64,000 bases of DNA from Schizochytrium sp. TIO01 (lineage: Eukaryota; Protista; Bigyra: Labyrinthulomycetes), in contig SMSO01000034.1 in the NCBI GenBank assembly GCA_004764695.1, forward strand, positions 434,001-498,000. Direction: 5' to 3'. Of the stretch, positions 9,353 through 20,326 are shown one piece after another. Both the position numbers and the translations under genes were made by a program. How positions within the stretch are numbered: the stretch's first letter is position 1; the number at the start of each line of letters is the position of its first letter. A model generated the notes under the pieces. It did no database searches and was not told the DNA's origin. It worked only from the letters and a program-made list of their open reading frames with translations.

Positions 9353-11148
9353 CATACACCTTGGCAAAGCCAGCCGGGTAGCGGGCAGCAACTAAACGAC
9401 GAACGGAGTCCTCGTGCAAGCCCACATCGACCTGCATTGTGGTAAAACACAATTAGAGTTAGTTCGTTGTTAAGTGGAGGAGGATGCCCTGCACGCGTAC
9501 CACTTTAGGTATTAACTCTAGTGATACAAAGGGAAAATTCCAAAGAATGCTCGCCACTACTGACATGGTCTTTGTCAGAGGCTTCTCTTGAGGGATCGTA
9601 GAACTAAGGTCGTTGTACTAGGACAATTAACGCCTTTGGAAATTGTATAAACTAAAGGGCGACGCTAGTTTGGCAGCAATGACGTATTTCTGAACTTGGC
9701 TTTGTTCCCTCGAAAGGTCGAGGATGTTACAAAGTGTTACTAGACAGAGGGTTTATTTTCAAACTAATTGTCTTATGGAATATTTTAGATTTGACTCTCA
9801 AAAAAAGTTAAATGTACAACGCTCTCTCTACTAGTCAAAGGTACTTTGGTAGCAGCCCTATCGTGCGGTACGCCCAAACCTTAAAAATGGTTTGCGGAAG
9901 ACTCCTGGCACTCTCAACAAAGTTACAATAAACGAAGATGTTTTGAATTCTCCATCTTTTCAAGATGATATGAATGGTCGCATGTTTGAGGTATAATTAG
10001 GGTCATGCGCTTCTGTCGGTATGAACTATTATGTTGGTAATCACAGTCGCAACTTTAGTATCAGCAATTTTAAGCATGTTTTGGTGCAGATCAAAAGTAT
10101 AAAAAACTTCATGCGACAGCACTGCAGTCTTTGTACTTGTGGTTTGTGACCTGCCAGCATTGCCAATCTCTTCGTTATTTTTGTTAGATCATACAGAGCT
10201 TGTGCACGGTGGTGAAACAAACGGTAGACCTCATTGTAGCTCCTGTTTCGATCAATTGCATATAGTTACAATCCAACTTTCATATCTGCATAACTGACAC
10301 TCTCGATCCCTTTTAAAAATACAGAGCCTATATGCTAGGTTAAATAATACCTAAGCCTGTTTTCTAGTCCCAGAATAAGTCTGCTCAAATAGACTGAAGC
10401 TAGTTGCTCAACGAAAGTAGTCACGAAGAAGGATTTGAATAGTTCTGAGGCATGTTAACAAGAAAACTTATTGGCAGTCGGCATGTGGAAAACCCTTGTT
10501 CAAGACACGTAGGAGAATGCAAAAGATACATCAAGAGGCAAATTGAGTACGGTAAGTGATTGTGTTATCGAGTATTTGTTGAAGTGCCAAAGCAAGAGTG
10601 GTATTGAACAAGTAAAAGGTTGGAAGATTATAATTTATGATCTTTCAAGTCCAAAAATTGAAGGGACTCGGGCCTCATTACATCCTTACAGATAAAGTAA
10701 GATATTTAATCAGTACCCATACTCAGCTTCAAGCATACTACTCTCTCACCAGGCAAAGGTAAAAAGTTAAACATTTTAGCTTGGGTGGTCTACCACCCAA
10801 GCCATAACAATCACTTCTTAATGATCTTCCTTCAATGCCAACTTGACTTCAAAGTTGCATTCTTATTTCTAAAATGAAAGAACACACTGTCATAGCACAC
10901 ACCCTTGATGACCACGATACTTCCCGGGACTCCTCCTTGATATTTGAGTTGAATGCAATGCTTTATCGTCACGCTTCTTCAGATCTTGCATGTCTTACGT
11001 CGCGAAGTGGACGCCGACAGCCAGTCTGCTTGATAGTTTCACTATTTTATAACTCCTCATCCTATTGCGTACAAAGTAAGTTTCGGCCGCACCGCGCACC
11101 TTCATTTGCAAAGAGTGTGCACACCCTCCTTTCTAAACCTAGGTGCCA

Positions 11149-11177
11149 AACCTAACCTAACCTAACCTAACCTAACC
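11149..11177. repeat. (CCTAA)5 = (TTAGG)n telomere-like interstitial repeat
   Basis: aa-cctaa-cctaa-cctaa-cctaa-cctaa-cc. Confidence 0.85.
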
Positions 11178-11795
11178 GGGTCATCCCACTTCCTAACACT
11201 TTCCCTGTGTTTCTTATGATTGCTAGTCTTTTGCCCATTGCCGCCTTTAGCATAACGTTCGTTTATTCTTATTTATAGAAAGCTCCTTTTACAGCATCAT
11301 TTCTTCTTGTTTCAAGAGCTTGTTTTGCAGGGCTATAATTCTGGCTCCTCCTCAAGAATCAAAATCGCCCAAAGGTTCGTACTCTGTATCAACCATTCGC
11401 CGATGAATGCAGAGGCAGATGATGAAACTGTACATATTTAGCTTCTCCAGAAGTAAAAAAATCGGGCAAGAGTCCCTCTGCGTCAGCATTTGAAGCAGAA
11501 TAAGGTCCTTCAGTCCACGATGAAAATAGATTCAATAGTACAGTTGACTGCAAATGTAAATTCTTGACATCTCCCAAGGTCACGTGCTTGCGAACAGATC
11601 AGAGCGGCACTACGAAGTTGGGATGGAGAAGAATAACAATCAGAAAAGGAGCACAAACTGCATATTTTGAGACACAGTTCTAAAGTCCTGACTAATAGAA
11701 ACTGTAAGACAATGGGTTAGAGATACTATAAAATTATTTTTATAGAGGATAATCAAGAGAATGTGAAGGAGCCAACGAGCGATCAATAACAGCGA

Positions 11796-11822
11796 CAACA
11801 ACAACAACAACAACAACAACAA
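11796..11822. repeat. (AAC)n microsatellite upstream of the PP2A-A gene
   Basis: caacaacaacaacaacaacaacaacaa. Confidence 0.95.
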
Positions 11823-12409
11823 TCAATCACCGTCGCTCGCGGAGTGGCTTTTCGACCGCAGCGCCGCTCGCCCGTTGGCCGATCGCTCCTTGCTGAGCTA
11901 CTTGCCTTCCAACCAGGCGGCCAGTAAGTCGGGCTGGCAAGCAAGTAGGTCTCACTCATCTGCTGCACCCGTTGATTCGGTTGTTCACTCTTTCTTTTCA
12001 CGCACTCGTTCGTTGGTTCGTTCGTTGATCTTCAACTTCGATTGTTTGCTAGCTGGCCTGTTTGCTCGCTCGCTCACTCGATTCAGTCTTCTGCTGTGCG
12101 AGTCCGAAGCTGACCCGGTGACCTTGCTTCAAGCACGGATAGACCACTCCAACTATATACAAAATAGCAAGCAAACAAAACTCTTCTGAGTCCGAGTTAG
12201 TTTGCGACGACGAATTTGAGGAGCAGCCAACAGCACCGCTCTCCCCTATCTGAATAGAGGAGTACAATCTAGAGAATCGAATCCCACGACCAAATCTCTG
12301 TAGGCCTACGTTTAGATATTCACATTTCATAGATCTGCACATTTAGATACTACGCAGATCCCGTAAATCTCTTCGTCTCGTCTCTACCCAGCGGAACCTA
12401 CACCCTGAA

Positions 12410-14215
12410 ATGGCCTCTGCCGCCACTAGCCCCATGCACGTGGAAGGAGATGCCGGCCCCGCCGACGATGACGGCAGCTTGTACTCCGTTGCTACGCTCA
12501 TCGATGAGCTCAAGCACGAGGATATGCAATATCGCCTCAACTCTATGAACAAGCTTTCCGTAATTGCCGAGGCCTTGGGCCCTGAGCGTACACGCAACGA
12601 GCTGCTACCCTTCCTCAACGAAAGTATTGATGATGAAGACGAGGTCCTTCTTGTGATGGCCCAGCAGCTCGGTGACTTTGGCTCCTTCGTCGGCGGCGAA
12701 GCTCATCTTCATGTTCTTTTGCCGCCTCTGGAAGCTCTCGCGACCGTTGAGGAGCCTACAGTTCGCGAGGCTGCAATCAAGAGTCTTCAAGGGCTCGCAG
12801 AGGCCATGGATCAAAGCTCTCTCAACGCTCATTTTGTAACGATGTTGCGACGCCTCGCACAGCGCGATTGGTTCACGTCGAGACTTTCTTCGTGCTACCT
12901 TTTCGCTGTGGCGTATCCTCGCGTGTCCACCGCAACCAAGGCTGAGTTCCGAGGCATGTATGGACAGCTTTGTCGTGACGACACCCCTATGGTGCGTCGA
13001 GCCGCCGCAAGCAACCTCGGGAGCTTCGCTGAACAGGTTGAACCCGACTTCTTGGCATCAGAACTGCTGCCGCTCTTCGCTCAGCTTGCGAGCGAAGACC
13101 AAGATTCCGTGAGACTGCTTGCGGTGAGCAATGCTGTGGCATTTGCTAAAATCCTCGATCAAGCCGACGTCGAAGAAAAGATTCTGCCAGCGGTTCTTAA
13201 GCTTGCCTCCGACAAGTCTTGGCGCGTGAGATGGTCGGTCGCAGACCAATTCCCCAACGTCGCAAGCGCCATGGGCCCGGAGGTCACAGAACACGAGCTT
13301 GCACCTGCATTTGTAAAGCTTCTTGAAGATGCAGAGGCAGAAGTCAGAACTGCCGCTGCAAGCCAAGTTACAGCAGTTGCAAAGTGCCTCCCGGATAACA
13401 TGGTGGTGGATATGCTTCTGCCGTCAGTGGATAAACTTGCTAAGGATCCGAACGACCATGTGAGATCGTCACTTGCACTCGTGGTTATGGGCCTTGCGCC
13501 GCTAGTAGGAAGGGACTCGACAATCGACAACTTTCTGCCGCTATACCTGTTGCTTCTCAAGGATAATAACCCTGAGGTACGGTTGAATATCATTTCGACA
13601 CTAAGCTCATTGAACCAGGTGATTGGCATTGACCTGCTATCGCAGTCACTCATGCCGGCAATTGTCAAGCTTGCGGAGGATAACACGTGGCGCATCAGGC
13701 TGGCGATCATTGAGCATATTCCACTTCTCGCAGAACAGCTGGGAGTCAAGTTTTTTGAGGAGTCGCTGTCGGAATTGTGCCTGAGCTGGCTATCGGATAA
13801 CATCTTTGCGGTGCGACTGGCAGCAGCGAAGAATTTAGAGAAGCTCACGGATATCTTTGGGGAGGAGTGGGCACGAAAGAATATCGTACCGAGAATTATG
13901 GAGCTTAACTCGAATAAGAGCTACTTGTGCAGGCTTACTGCTCTTCGCGCGATTGAGGTGGTGGCTAAAACTGGCAAGCAAAGCCTTCTACAAGATAAAC
14001 TCCTTGGCGTCGTATTCAAGATGGCAGATGACCCTGTACCGAATGTTCGATTTAATGTGGCCAAGACTCTGCAGCTTATCCACGCCAGCGGGGGACTGGA
14101 CCAGCCCGAGCTCATGGAGCGTGCCAAGGAAGTGCTTGACCGTTTGACTGATGACCCCGATGTTGACGTGCGCTACTATTCCGGCCGTGCTGTCGAGTGT
14201 CTTGAGATCGACTAA
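12410..14215 (+). CDS. PPP2R1A: Protein phosphatase 2A scaffold subunit A (PR65, HEAT repeats)
   Basis: Hallmark motifs [81 protein letters not shown]. Confidence 0.97.
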   Translation: MASAATSPMHVEGDAGPADDDGSLYSVATLIDELKHEDMQYRLNSMNKLSVIAEALGPERTRNELLPFLNESIDDEDEVLLVMAQQLGDFGSFVGGEAHLHVLLPPLEALATVEEPTVREAAIKSLQGLAEAMDQSSLNAHFVTMLRRLAQRDWFTSRLSSCYLFAVAYPRVSTATKAEFRGMYGQLCRDDTPMVRRAAASNLGSFAEQVEPDFLASELLPLFAQLASEDQDSVRLLAVSNAVAFAKILDQADVEEKILPAVLKLASDKSWRVRWSVADQFPNVASAMGPEVTEHELAPAFVKLLEDAEAEVRTAAASQVTAVAKCLPDNMVVDMLLPSVDKLAKDPNDHVRSSLALVVMGLAPLVGRDSTIDNFLPLYLLLLKDNNPEVRLNIISTLSSLNQVIGIDLLSQSLMPAIVKLAEDNTWRIRLAIIEHIPLLAEQLGVKFFEESLSELCLSWLSDNIFAVRLAAAKNLEKLTDIFGEEWARKNIVPRIMELNSNKSYLCRLTALRAIEVVAKTGKQSLLQDKLLGVVFKMADDPVPNVRFNVAKTLQLIHASGGLDQPELMERAKEVLDRLTDDPDVDVRYYSGRAVECLEID

Positions 14216-14845
14216 ACATACCAAATAAAACCAGCCTCTTGTGGCAATGAATAAAATTCACAACCTAAAAATACAATCTCATTCTGTTTGCTTTTTCTAA
14301 CTCTTCAAAGAGGTCACCAGGCCGCTTATGTTATGCCAACCTACGCAGCGTTTCACCATCCCAAATCTCTTTGTCACGAGTACTTTGCGGTAAGTTTCTG
14401 GCAAAAACATACCTCTTTCCAAACGAGTGACTTTTATTTAAAGAAATTTTAGTCTCATGGTCTTTCTCACATTTATAGCACTAGGCACTTAAACACTGTG
14501 CGCTGTGTGAGCTCTTGTTATAAATATAATACTGCCGCATGCAAAATCACCTGCACAAGGCCATAACAATGACTTTGCAATTGAACGCATCAAATCATAG
14601 GAAATCGATCCCTCAACTATGACTTTACATAGTACCCTTTCTTGTGGTATAGAAAGTAGCCTGAGCTCGCCCAGGCCTTCGTGGCTGTTCAATTTCTATG
14701 CACCACTCTAAGCTTCGCAATCGCTGGTACTGGTACTAGAACGAAAATTGGACAAAAAAAACAAAGAAAAAAGTACCACCATTAATAGTACATATCTAGC
14801 CTCTTAAGAGTGACCAGACTACGAATGACCAAACCCAATCTCATA

Positions 14846-15856
14846 ATGCTCGCTGTCCAGAGCCTGTCTCGATCTCGCTCTGTGCTGCTCCGATCGTTCT
14901 CAACTAATTCTCACGGAACATCTCTTGGCCTTGCAAGGCCTCGACACTGCACTAAACCTGCGTCATTGAGGATCATGGGTGCGACTCTGAGTGGCGAGAG
15001 CAGCGCTGCTGCTGCCCAAGAGCAGTCCTGGTGGAGTTGGTTCGGCCTTGGAGACCGGTCTCTGAGCTCCAAAACTTCAGACGCCACAAGCAAGCCTTCA
15101 GAAGGCCCTCCTTCGCTGCGTGAGCTTATCCCTACTTATGAATCTCTCCAGGATGCACACAAGACTCTGCCCCTGAGCGCCACAGAAGGCAAACGCCTCG
15201 TGATTGTCGGCGACGTGCACGGGTGTGCAGATGAGCTTGATGAACTCCTTGCCAAGGTTAAATTCACACCCGACGAGGATATCTTGATCTTTGTTGGCGA
15301 CCTCTGCGCCAAGGGACCAAAATCCCTCGAAACCGTGCGTAGAGCTAGAAAGGAGAATGCTCTTGGCGTGCGTGGAAATCACGACCATTACGTTGTTCTT
15401 CGCATTAACGATGGTCTCTATCCTGAGCGAGAGCATACCAAACTAGCCAAAGAAATTTTTTCGCAGGACGACCTCGAATGGCTCAAAGCTCTACCGCTCA
15501 CTCTTCATATTGAAGAGTATGACACTACCATCGTTCACGCTGGAATCAAACCGGATATCCCGCTTCAAGACAACAGCCTTGCTGATATGCTGCACATGCG
15601 AAACATTAACGACGAGGGTGTTGCCACGAGCAAACCCACAGAAGGCAAGCCCTGGGTCGAACTGTGGAAAGGTCCGCAACATGTTGTCTTTGGTCACGAC
15701 GCTGTTCGTAAACTTCAGCAGACTGAATTTGCGACGGGCTTGGATACAGGGTGCGTTTATGGAGGAGCACTTACAGCACTCATCCTTCCCGGGCGCGAGC
15801 TTGTTGAGGTCAAGGCCCACAAAACCCACCAGGAGCCTGGCAAGAAGGCTAACTAG
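14846..15856 (+). CDS. ApaH-like (ALPH/Ppn2-type) metallophosphoesterase, copy 1, with probable mitochondrial presequence; start uncertain (14825, 14846 or 14975)
   Basis: Motifs GDVHG, FVGDL, RGNHD, VHAG, VFGHDA, GLDTGCVYGG; the N-terminus is Arg/Ser/Leu-rich. Confidence 0.9.
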   Translation: MLAVQSLSRSRSVLLRSFSTNSHGTSLGLARPRHCTKPASLRIMGATLSGESSAAAAQEQSWWSWFGLGDRSLSSKTSDATSKPSEGPPSLRELIPTYESLQDAHKTLPLSATEGKRLVIVGDVHGCADELDELLAKVKFTPDEDILIFVGDLCAKGPKSLETVRRARKENALGVRGNHDHYVVLRINDGLYPEREHTKLAKEIFSQDDLEWLKALPLTLHIEEYDTTIVHAGIKPDIPLQDNSLADMLHMRNINDEGVATSKPTEGKPWVELWKGPQHVVFGHDAVRKLQQTEFATGLDTGCVYGGALTALILPGRELVEVKAHKTHQEPGKKAN

Positions 15857-16137
15857 GAATTTATCAAAGTCAAGTGGGCTAGTGGGATGCTGCGTTCAAG
15901 TGCGCCATGGCCATCTGTACTCATCAGGGTATTGCCCCCCACATCATGAATTCTCATTCGAATCAACTTTCTTAAGCCAGCCAGAGGTTACGTACAAGAA
16001 CTGTCTCGACACTTTGGTAAGGCACTCAATACTGGAATGTCAAAGCTCGCACAGTCCCTTGCTTGACAGTGGTCTCACGTAAACAGAATTAAACCGCCTT
16101 GACACTTATCGATATTTAGGATTGAAGACCCTCTTAC

Positions 16138-17094
16138 TTATGTTTCGCACACTGCCATGGTCTGTAGAAGTTTATGGTCTGCGGCTGAGTACCAAAATAT
16201 CGTATGATTCACAGGCCGATTGGTAGTACTTCCCTTGGCTAAAGCACAGGCAGTTTGTGTCTTCCGTGGTGCTGCTGCAAGGTCATGTTCTATAGGCAGT
16301 GTACTCGACTCTTCGCCAGCGCAAACAAAAACCACTCCAAATTGAAGATTTGATACAACAAAGGTGTTATCAGCGTAAAGATCCCACCTCGAATAAGAAT
16401 ATAATGTAGTTATATTGGTACCCACTTGTACTGTGATAACTTGACCATCAGTATCGATTGAACATTCCCTTGTGATTTCTTCATCGCTATCGACATTGAT
16501 CAATGTGCAAGTCTGGATATCAGAAGATTTACTTAGACCAAGGGGTTCGTAGTAAAGACCGAATGTGCCATCAGTGTCTAATTGAATAACAAGATTACCG
16601 GATGCAAGATAGGGGCCTTTTCCGCTTGTATAACTAGAGCCCGTAATCACCTCTACATCACTGGCTGTGCGTGCGGTTGGCGCAGTTGTGGGTCCTGATG
16701 TAGTTGGAGCTCCAGCGACGGTAGGATATGGTGTCGGGTTTAGAGTAGGTGCATTTGTAGATTGGGGATCGTTGCTATCTGCCGTTGGACTAGAAGTAAC
16801 CTCCTCAATTATATTTGCATAGGCATCGGAATTACTTGAGGTGGAACTCGATGTTGTCGATGAAGAACTAGACAATGAATCGCATACAATTTTTTCACTT
16901 GTGAACTCCACCTCCACTGATGTACTATGGTTGAGTGGAATACATACTCCTGTCTCCTGAACAGAAATGTACATGGCGACTAATACAAGACTAATCATCA
17001 AGAGCGGATTGATTAGGACACACCATAATCGAAGAACACTTGTGACAAAATGACTAGACGTTGAGTTACTCTTTTTACGCATGTTTACTGACAT
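16138..17094 (-). CDS. Hypothetical type II membrane glycoprotein with Ser/Thr/Pro-rich stalk (island gene; C-terminus possibly truncated or chimeric)
   Basis: 318-aa ORF with an N-terminal TM segment (LWCVLINPLLMISLVLVAMYI), a mucin-like PT-rich stretch and a beta-rich domain; codons are AT-rich. Confidence 0.65.
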   Translation of the reverse strand: MSVNMRKKSNSTSSHFVTSVLRLWCVLINPLLMISLVLVAMYISVQETGVCIPLNHSTSVEVEFTSEKIVCDSLSSSSSTTSSSTSSNSDAYANIIEEVTSSPTADSNDPQSTNAPTLNPTPYPTVAGAPTTSGPTTAPTARTASDVEVITGSSYTSGKGPYLASGNLVIQLDTDGTFGLYYEPLGLSKSSDIQTCTLINVDSDEEITRECSIDTDGQVITVQVGTNITTLYSYSRWDLYADNTFVVSNLQFGVVFVCAGEESSTLPIEHDLAAAPRKTQTACALAKGSTTNRPVNHTIFWYSAADHKLLQTMAVCET

Positions 17095-17160
17095 GCTTCT
17101 ATCTATCTAATAATTTCTGTTCAAATTTCATATGTGTGTTAGTTATATAGTTTTACTTGT

Positions 17161-18283
17161 TCACTCCATCTGTGGGATTTGTGAATATTCAACCCTGGGA
17201 ATAATAACGTCTACAAATTGCCAATGAAACATAGACAAAGTAAGAAGAAGTGTTGTTAAAATAGCATTCATGAGGAATGTACTACTGAGCATACTTCTTT
17301 CCGCCATTTTAATGACGCGGGTGATATTCTCATGCTTGATTGTATTATAATACGGGGACTCGACTGCGCTTGTTGATAAGAACGTACTTGATGCGTCATT
17401 TACTATTTCTGCACTACCATAAAGTACTTTAGCTATGTAAATTGCAGCGTGATCATCCTCTTCTTGAAAGCGAAGCGCATATGCGTCGTGGATATCACAG
17501 TATGCCACGCTACCTAACACAGCACGATAAACAAACTCTGCACATACAAACACAGTGTAAGAATTACATAGTTGAGCACATTCGTCCAAGGATATTCTAC
17601 TAAAACTCTGGACTACATTTTCATTTGAAAGTGTCATGTTTATGATGGGTTCCTGGAAGCCTGAAAAATATTCATCGTTTGTATTATATTCAACGGTTGG
17701 TGGATACGTTGGAAATATACCGTAGCAAAGATGGGGTTCAATCAGCCAGATGGAACGTACAAGGTTATTCGTATTTGTAGTCTCCAATGAAGCACGGGGT
17801 AAACGTTCCGCATAAGTGCTGTTTTCATCAAATGTTATAGTTTCGCCTATGTAACATCTCATGAGATTGCACGTGTACAACACATCAGTATAAACCGTTT
17901 TTTATGCGTACGGACCTACATTTGAAATCCTCGAGTTCCAAGCATTGTTCAACACATGCTTCATATGCCTCCGCGCCAGTTACACAGGCTGATACTTGAG
18001 TGGTGTAGCCGCTATCGCATGTGTAATATGTAGCAGAGGGAATGACCCTCGACTTAAGTGCATCTGTATCAACAAGTCCATACTGGCATGTTTCAGTCCA
18101 ATTAGATTCATCTAGTGTGATGTTTACATCAAATATACAGTCCAAAACATTACCATATGCAGAATTTACTTCAGACACCTGATCTGATGACGAGCAGTTC
18201 CACGAACTGGATTTCACTGGTGTGCCTGATGTGTTCGAAATAAGAATAATTAGAATAACGAAGTTGTGAATGTGGTTAAACAT
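17161..18283 (-). pseudogene. Type I membrane protein with two PAN/Apple-like domains, split by a 1-bp frameshift at the T6 run 17898-17903
   Basis: Signal peptide MFNHIHNFVILIILISNTSG. Removing one A joins the 132-aa and 240-aa ORFs into ACVEQCLELEDFKCRSVRIKTVYTDVLYTCNL. A second PAN-like motif is LDECAQLCNSYTVFVCAEFVY...CDI, and there is a C-terminal TM segment. Confidence 0.7.
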
Positions 18284-18791
18284 TACTAGGGATTATAATT
18301 CTTCTCTTATCACCCTTTATGAAAAGATCTGCCATATGATATGATAGAACACTGTAAAATAGCCCGCTTAATATACTTACGACACACACAAAAAGTTTCA
18401 CATTGTTAAAAGTGCCTTGACCTTGCACAGTGTACGTGTAATCTAATGAATGCATTGCTTTAACCAAAGTGGCAGTGTCATCTACATCCGTATCATATTG
18501 ATATTCAATCGTGAAGACATCATAGGATACATTTTCAATCAGCGTGACAGCTTTGAAGGTGGGGAATACAATACAGCTTCTAAGAACTGATGAATATCCT
18601 ACCGCTTCACAATCTTGTGCCATGACACATAGGTTTAAACAAGCTGATTCTTTAGTAACCCCTTCAATATAAGTTGCATCACTAGTGTTATCTGGCAGAG
18701 TGCTAGGATATGTGCTTACATTATAGAATGCTTCAGAATTTTTAATAAAGAGTAAAAATGCAAGTAGGACTTTATTATGGAAGCCCATCAT
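18276..18791 (-). CDS. Small type I membrane protein with one PAN/Apple-like domain
   Basis: Signal peptide MMGFHNKVLLAFLLFIKNSEA; PAN-like ESACLNLCVMAQDCEAVGYSSVLRSCIVF; TM segment LFVCVVSILSGLFYSVL. Its stop overlaps the next ATG by 8 bp. Confidence 0.75.
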   Translation of the reverse strand: MMGFHNKVLLAFLLFIKNSEAFYNVSTYPSTLPDNTSDATYIEGVTKESACLNLCVMAQDCEAVGYSSVLRSCIVFPTFKAVTLIENVSYDVFTIEYQYDTDVDDTATLVKAMHSLDYTYTVQGQGTFNNVKLFVCVVSILSGLFYSVLSYHMADLFIKGDKRRIIIPSNV

Positions 18792-18879
18792 ATTACTTAC
18801 TGTGTGCGGTACAGAGATAGTTTTTTTATACATATACATGACTAAGGATAAATACTTATATCTCTAGTGGTATCTTTCA

Positions 18880-19113
18880 ATGAGAACGTTTTTAGAACCT
18901 ATCACGAAAGTTCTTACTTCAACACCAGACAGATTTATTTACGAAATAAAACATGACAATGGTTGTTTTATTTGTATAGTAATTATGATTGCTATAGAGG
19001 TTTTAGCCCTGCATCTAATCAACGAAAAGCTAGGCGCAGTTAGTGCTACATTCATCCTATTACTGTATACTTGTTTATTTAACTTACTCGCCCTTGGTTA
19101 TTTTAAGTGGTAA
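18880..19113 (+). CDS. Small hydrophobic two-TM hypothetical protein (island gene)
   Basis: 77-aa ATG ORF with two hydrophobic segments; it fills the gap tightly in the compact cluster. Confidence 0.5.
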   Translation: MRTFLEPITKVLTSTPDRFIYEIKHDNGCFICIVIMIAIEVLALHLINEKLGAVSATFILLLYTCLFNLLALGYFKW

Positions 19114-19176
19114 ACCCCTATCAACGACCAGCTTCAGCGGAACGGGAGACACGCGACGAGGGAGTGTAGTGCAAGG

Positions 19177-19863
19177 ATGCAGGATAAGAGACGTGCGAAG
19201 CGCGTGCGGTTTAACTTGCCAACCGAGGGCGAGAGGCGAGGAGCGAATGAAAAGGACGCGATGTGTGGTCCATCCATAGAGACAGTTATATGCACACTCC
19301 ATGGCGCAGTCCAAGAATCTTGTGGATATCATTGCAAGGAAATCAAACAACATTCAGTGATCACGCGGCAGTCAATCAGTGATCGGACACTAGCTCTTAA
19401 CAGAGAGTATTTAAAGATCGATCGCACAAATCCACAAGAATGTATCATTTTCTGTCAAAAGATGACGCAGTTATACATCGATAAGGGACTGCTTGAAATT
19501 GGGATCCAGGGGAATGGAAATAATGTTATCATGGATCACGAAACTGAAGAATATAGCACAGCGGAGTTGCGAAAAGATATCAAGGAACTTGGTGATTATA
19601 GAAGAAGTGACAAGTTGAAGAAACTAATTAATGAATATCTCATTCTCCGGGAAAACTATACAAACCGTACCTTCCTTCGTGAGAAGAACGCATTTTCTGT
19701 TTATGTGGAAATGGTATCAGCGTCAGAAGACCTTAGTGATCAAATTGAGCAGATGATGCTACGCGAGGCAACTGAGTATGTGATTTCTCAGAAATATTCA
19801 GAATCCGCTCGGCGTGTTAGGAATAGGGAGTTTGAAATCAACTTTCTGTTTTCTTGGAATTAG
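19177..19863 (+). CDS. Hypothetical protein with N-terminal KRVRF (RVxF-like/NLS) motif and a Cys/His cluster (island gene)
   Basis: 228-aa ATG ORF in AT-rich DNA; begins MQDKRRAKRVRFNLP; contains C-x8-C-xx-H-x6-C-xx-HC. Confidence 0.7.
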   Translation: MQDKRRAKRVRFNLPTEGERRGANEKDAMCGPSIETVICTLHGAVQESCGYHCKEIKQHSVITRQSISDRTLALNREYLKIDRTNPQECIIFCQKMTQLYIDKGLLEIGIQGNGNNVIMDHETEEYSTAELRKDIKELGDYRRSDKLKKLINEYLILRENYTNRTFLREKNAFSVYVEMVSASEDLSDQIEQMMLREATEYVISQKYSESARRVRNREFEINFLFSWN

Positions 19864-19905
19864 GCTGTATTTTCGAGACAGAGTAACAATTGGTAAAATA
19901 TATCT

Positions 19906-19934
19906 TTTTAATTTTAATTTTAATTTTAATTTTA
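19906..19934. repeat. (TTTTAA)n hexamer repeat
   Basis: ttttaattttaattttaattttaattttaa. Confidence 0.9.
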
Positions 19935-20109
19935 AGAATGTAAATAATTATTTAAAAAATAGAATCAATGGTTTCAACTACACTTACATTAACTAAAGAA
20001 ACTCAAACTGGTGGCCCGCCCCCTCAAGGTTTTTTACAGACCTGTCTATTAATTAGTACCTGCGTTGATCACGAATTTGATCATATATACCTACACAAAC
20101 GAAAGATCT

Positions 20110-20218
20110 TACTTATTTTCGTCTTACCAAACTCATAACAAAGCCATCCCAACTATTTTCGCCTATGAGAGTGCTACCAGGCCTCCTAGTAAACCGTCCT
20201 AACTATTTTCGCCTATGA
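20110..20218. repeat. Direct repeats AACTATTTTCGCCTATGA (exact at 20151 and 20201, degenerate at ~20111)
   Basis: Two exact 18-mers 50 bp apart, plus ACTTATTTTCGTCTTA upstream. Confidence 0.85.
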
Positions 20219-20326
20219 TACATTAACCCGGTACTATATTTTAAAGTATTCATCTATCTATGAATTAGTTATATTATACCAATCCGAAGGTTTAGCTTCA
20301 CGGCAGACCCGAAACGCGCTGGCAAA

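Noticed and set aside
17897-17903. Programmed -1 ribosomal frameshift at A_AAA_AAC
   Set aside because: The -1 frame terminates within about 12 codons; the productive frame is +1.
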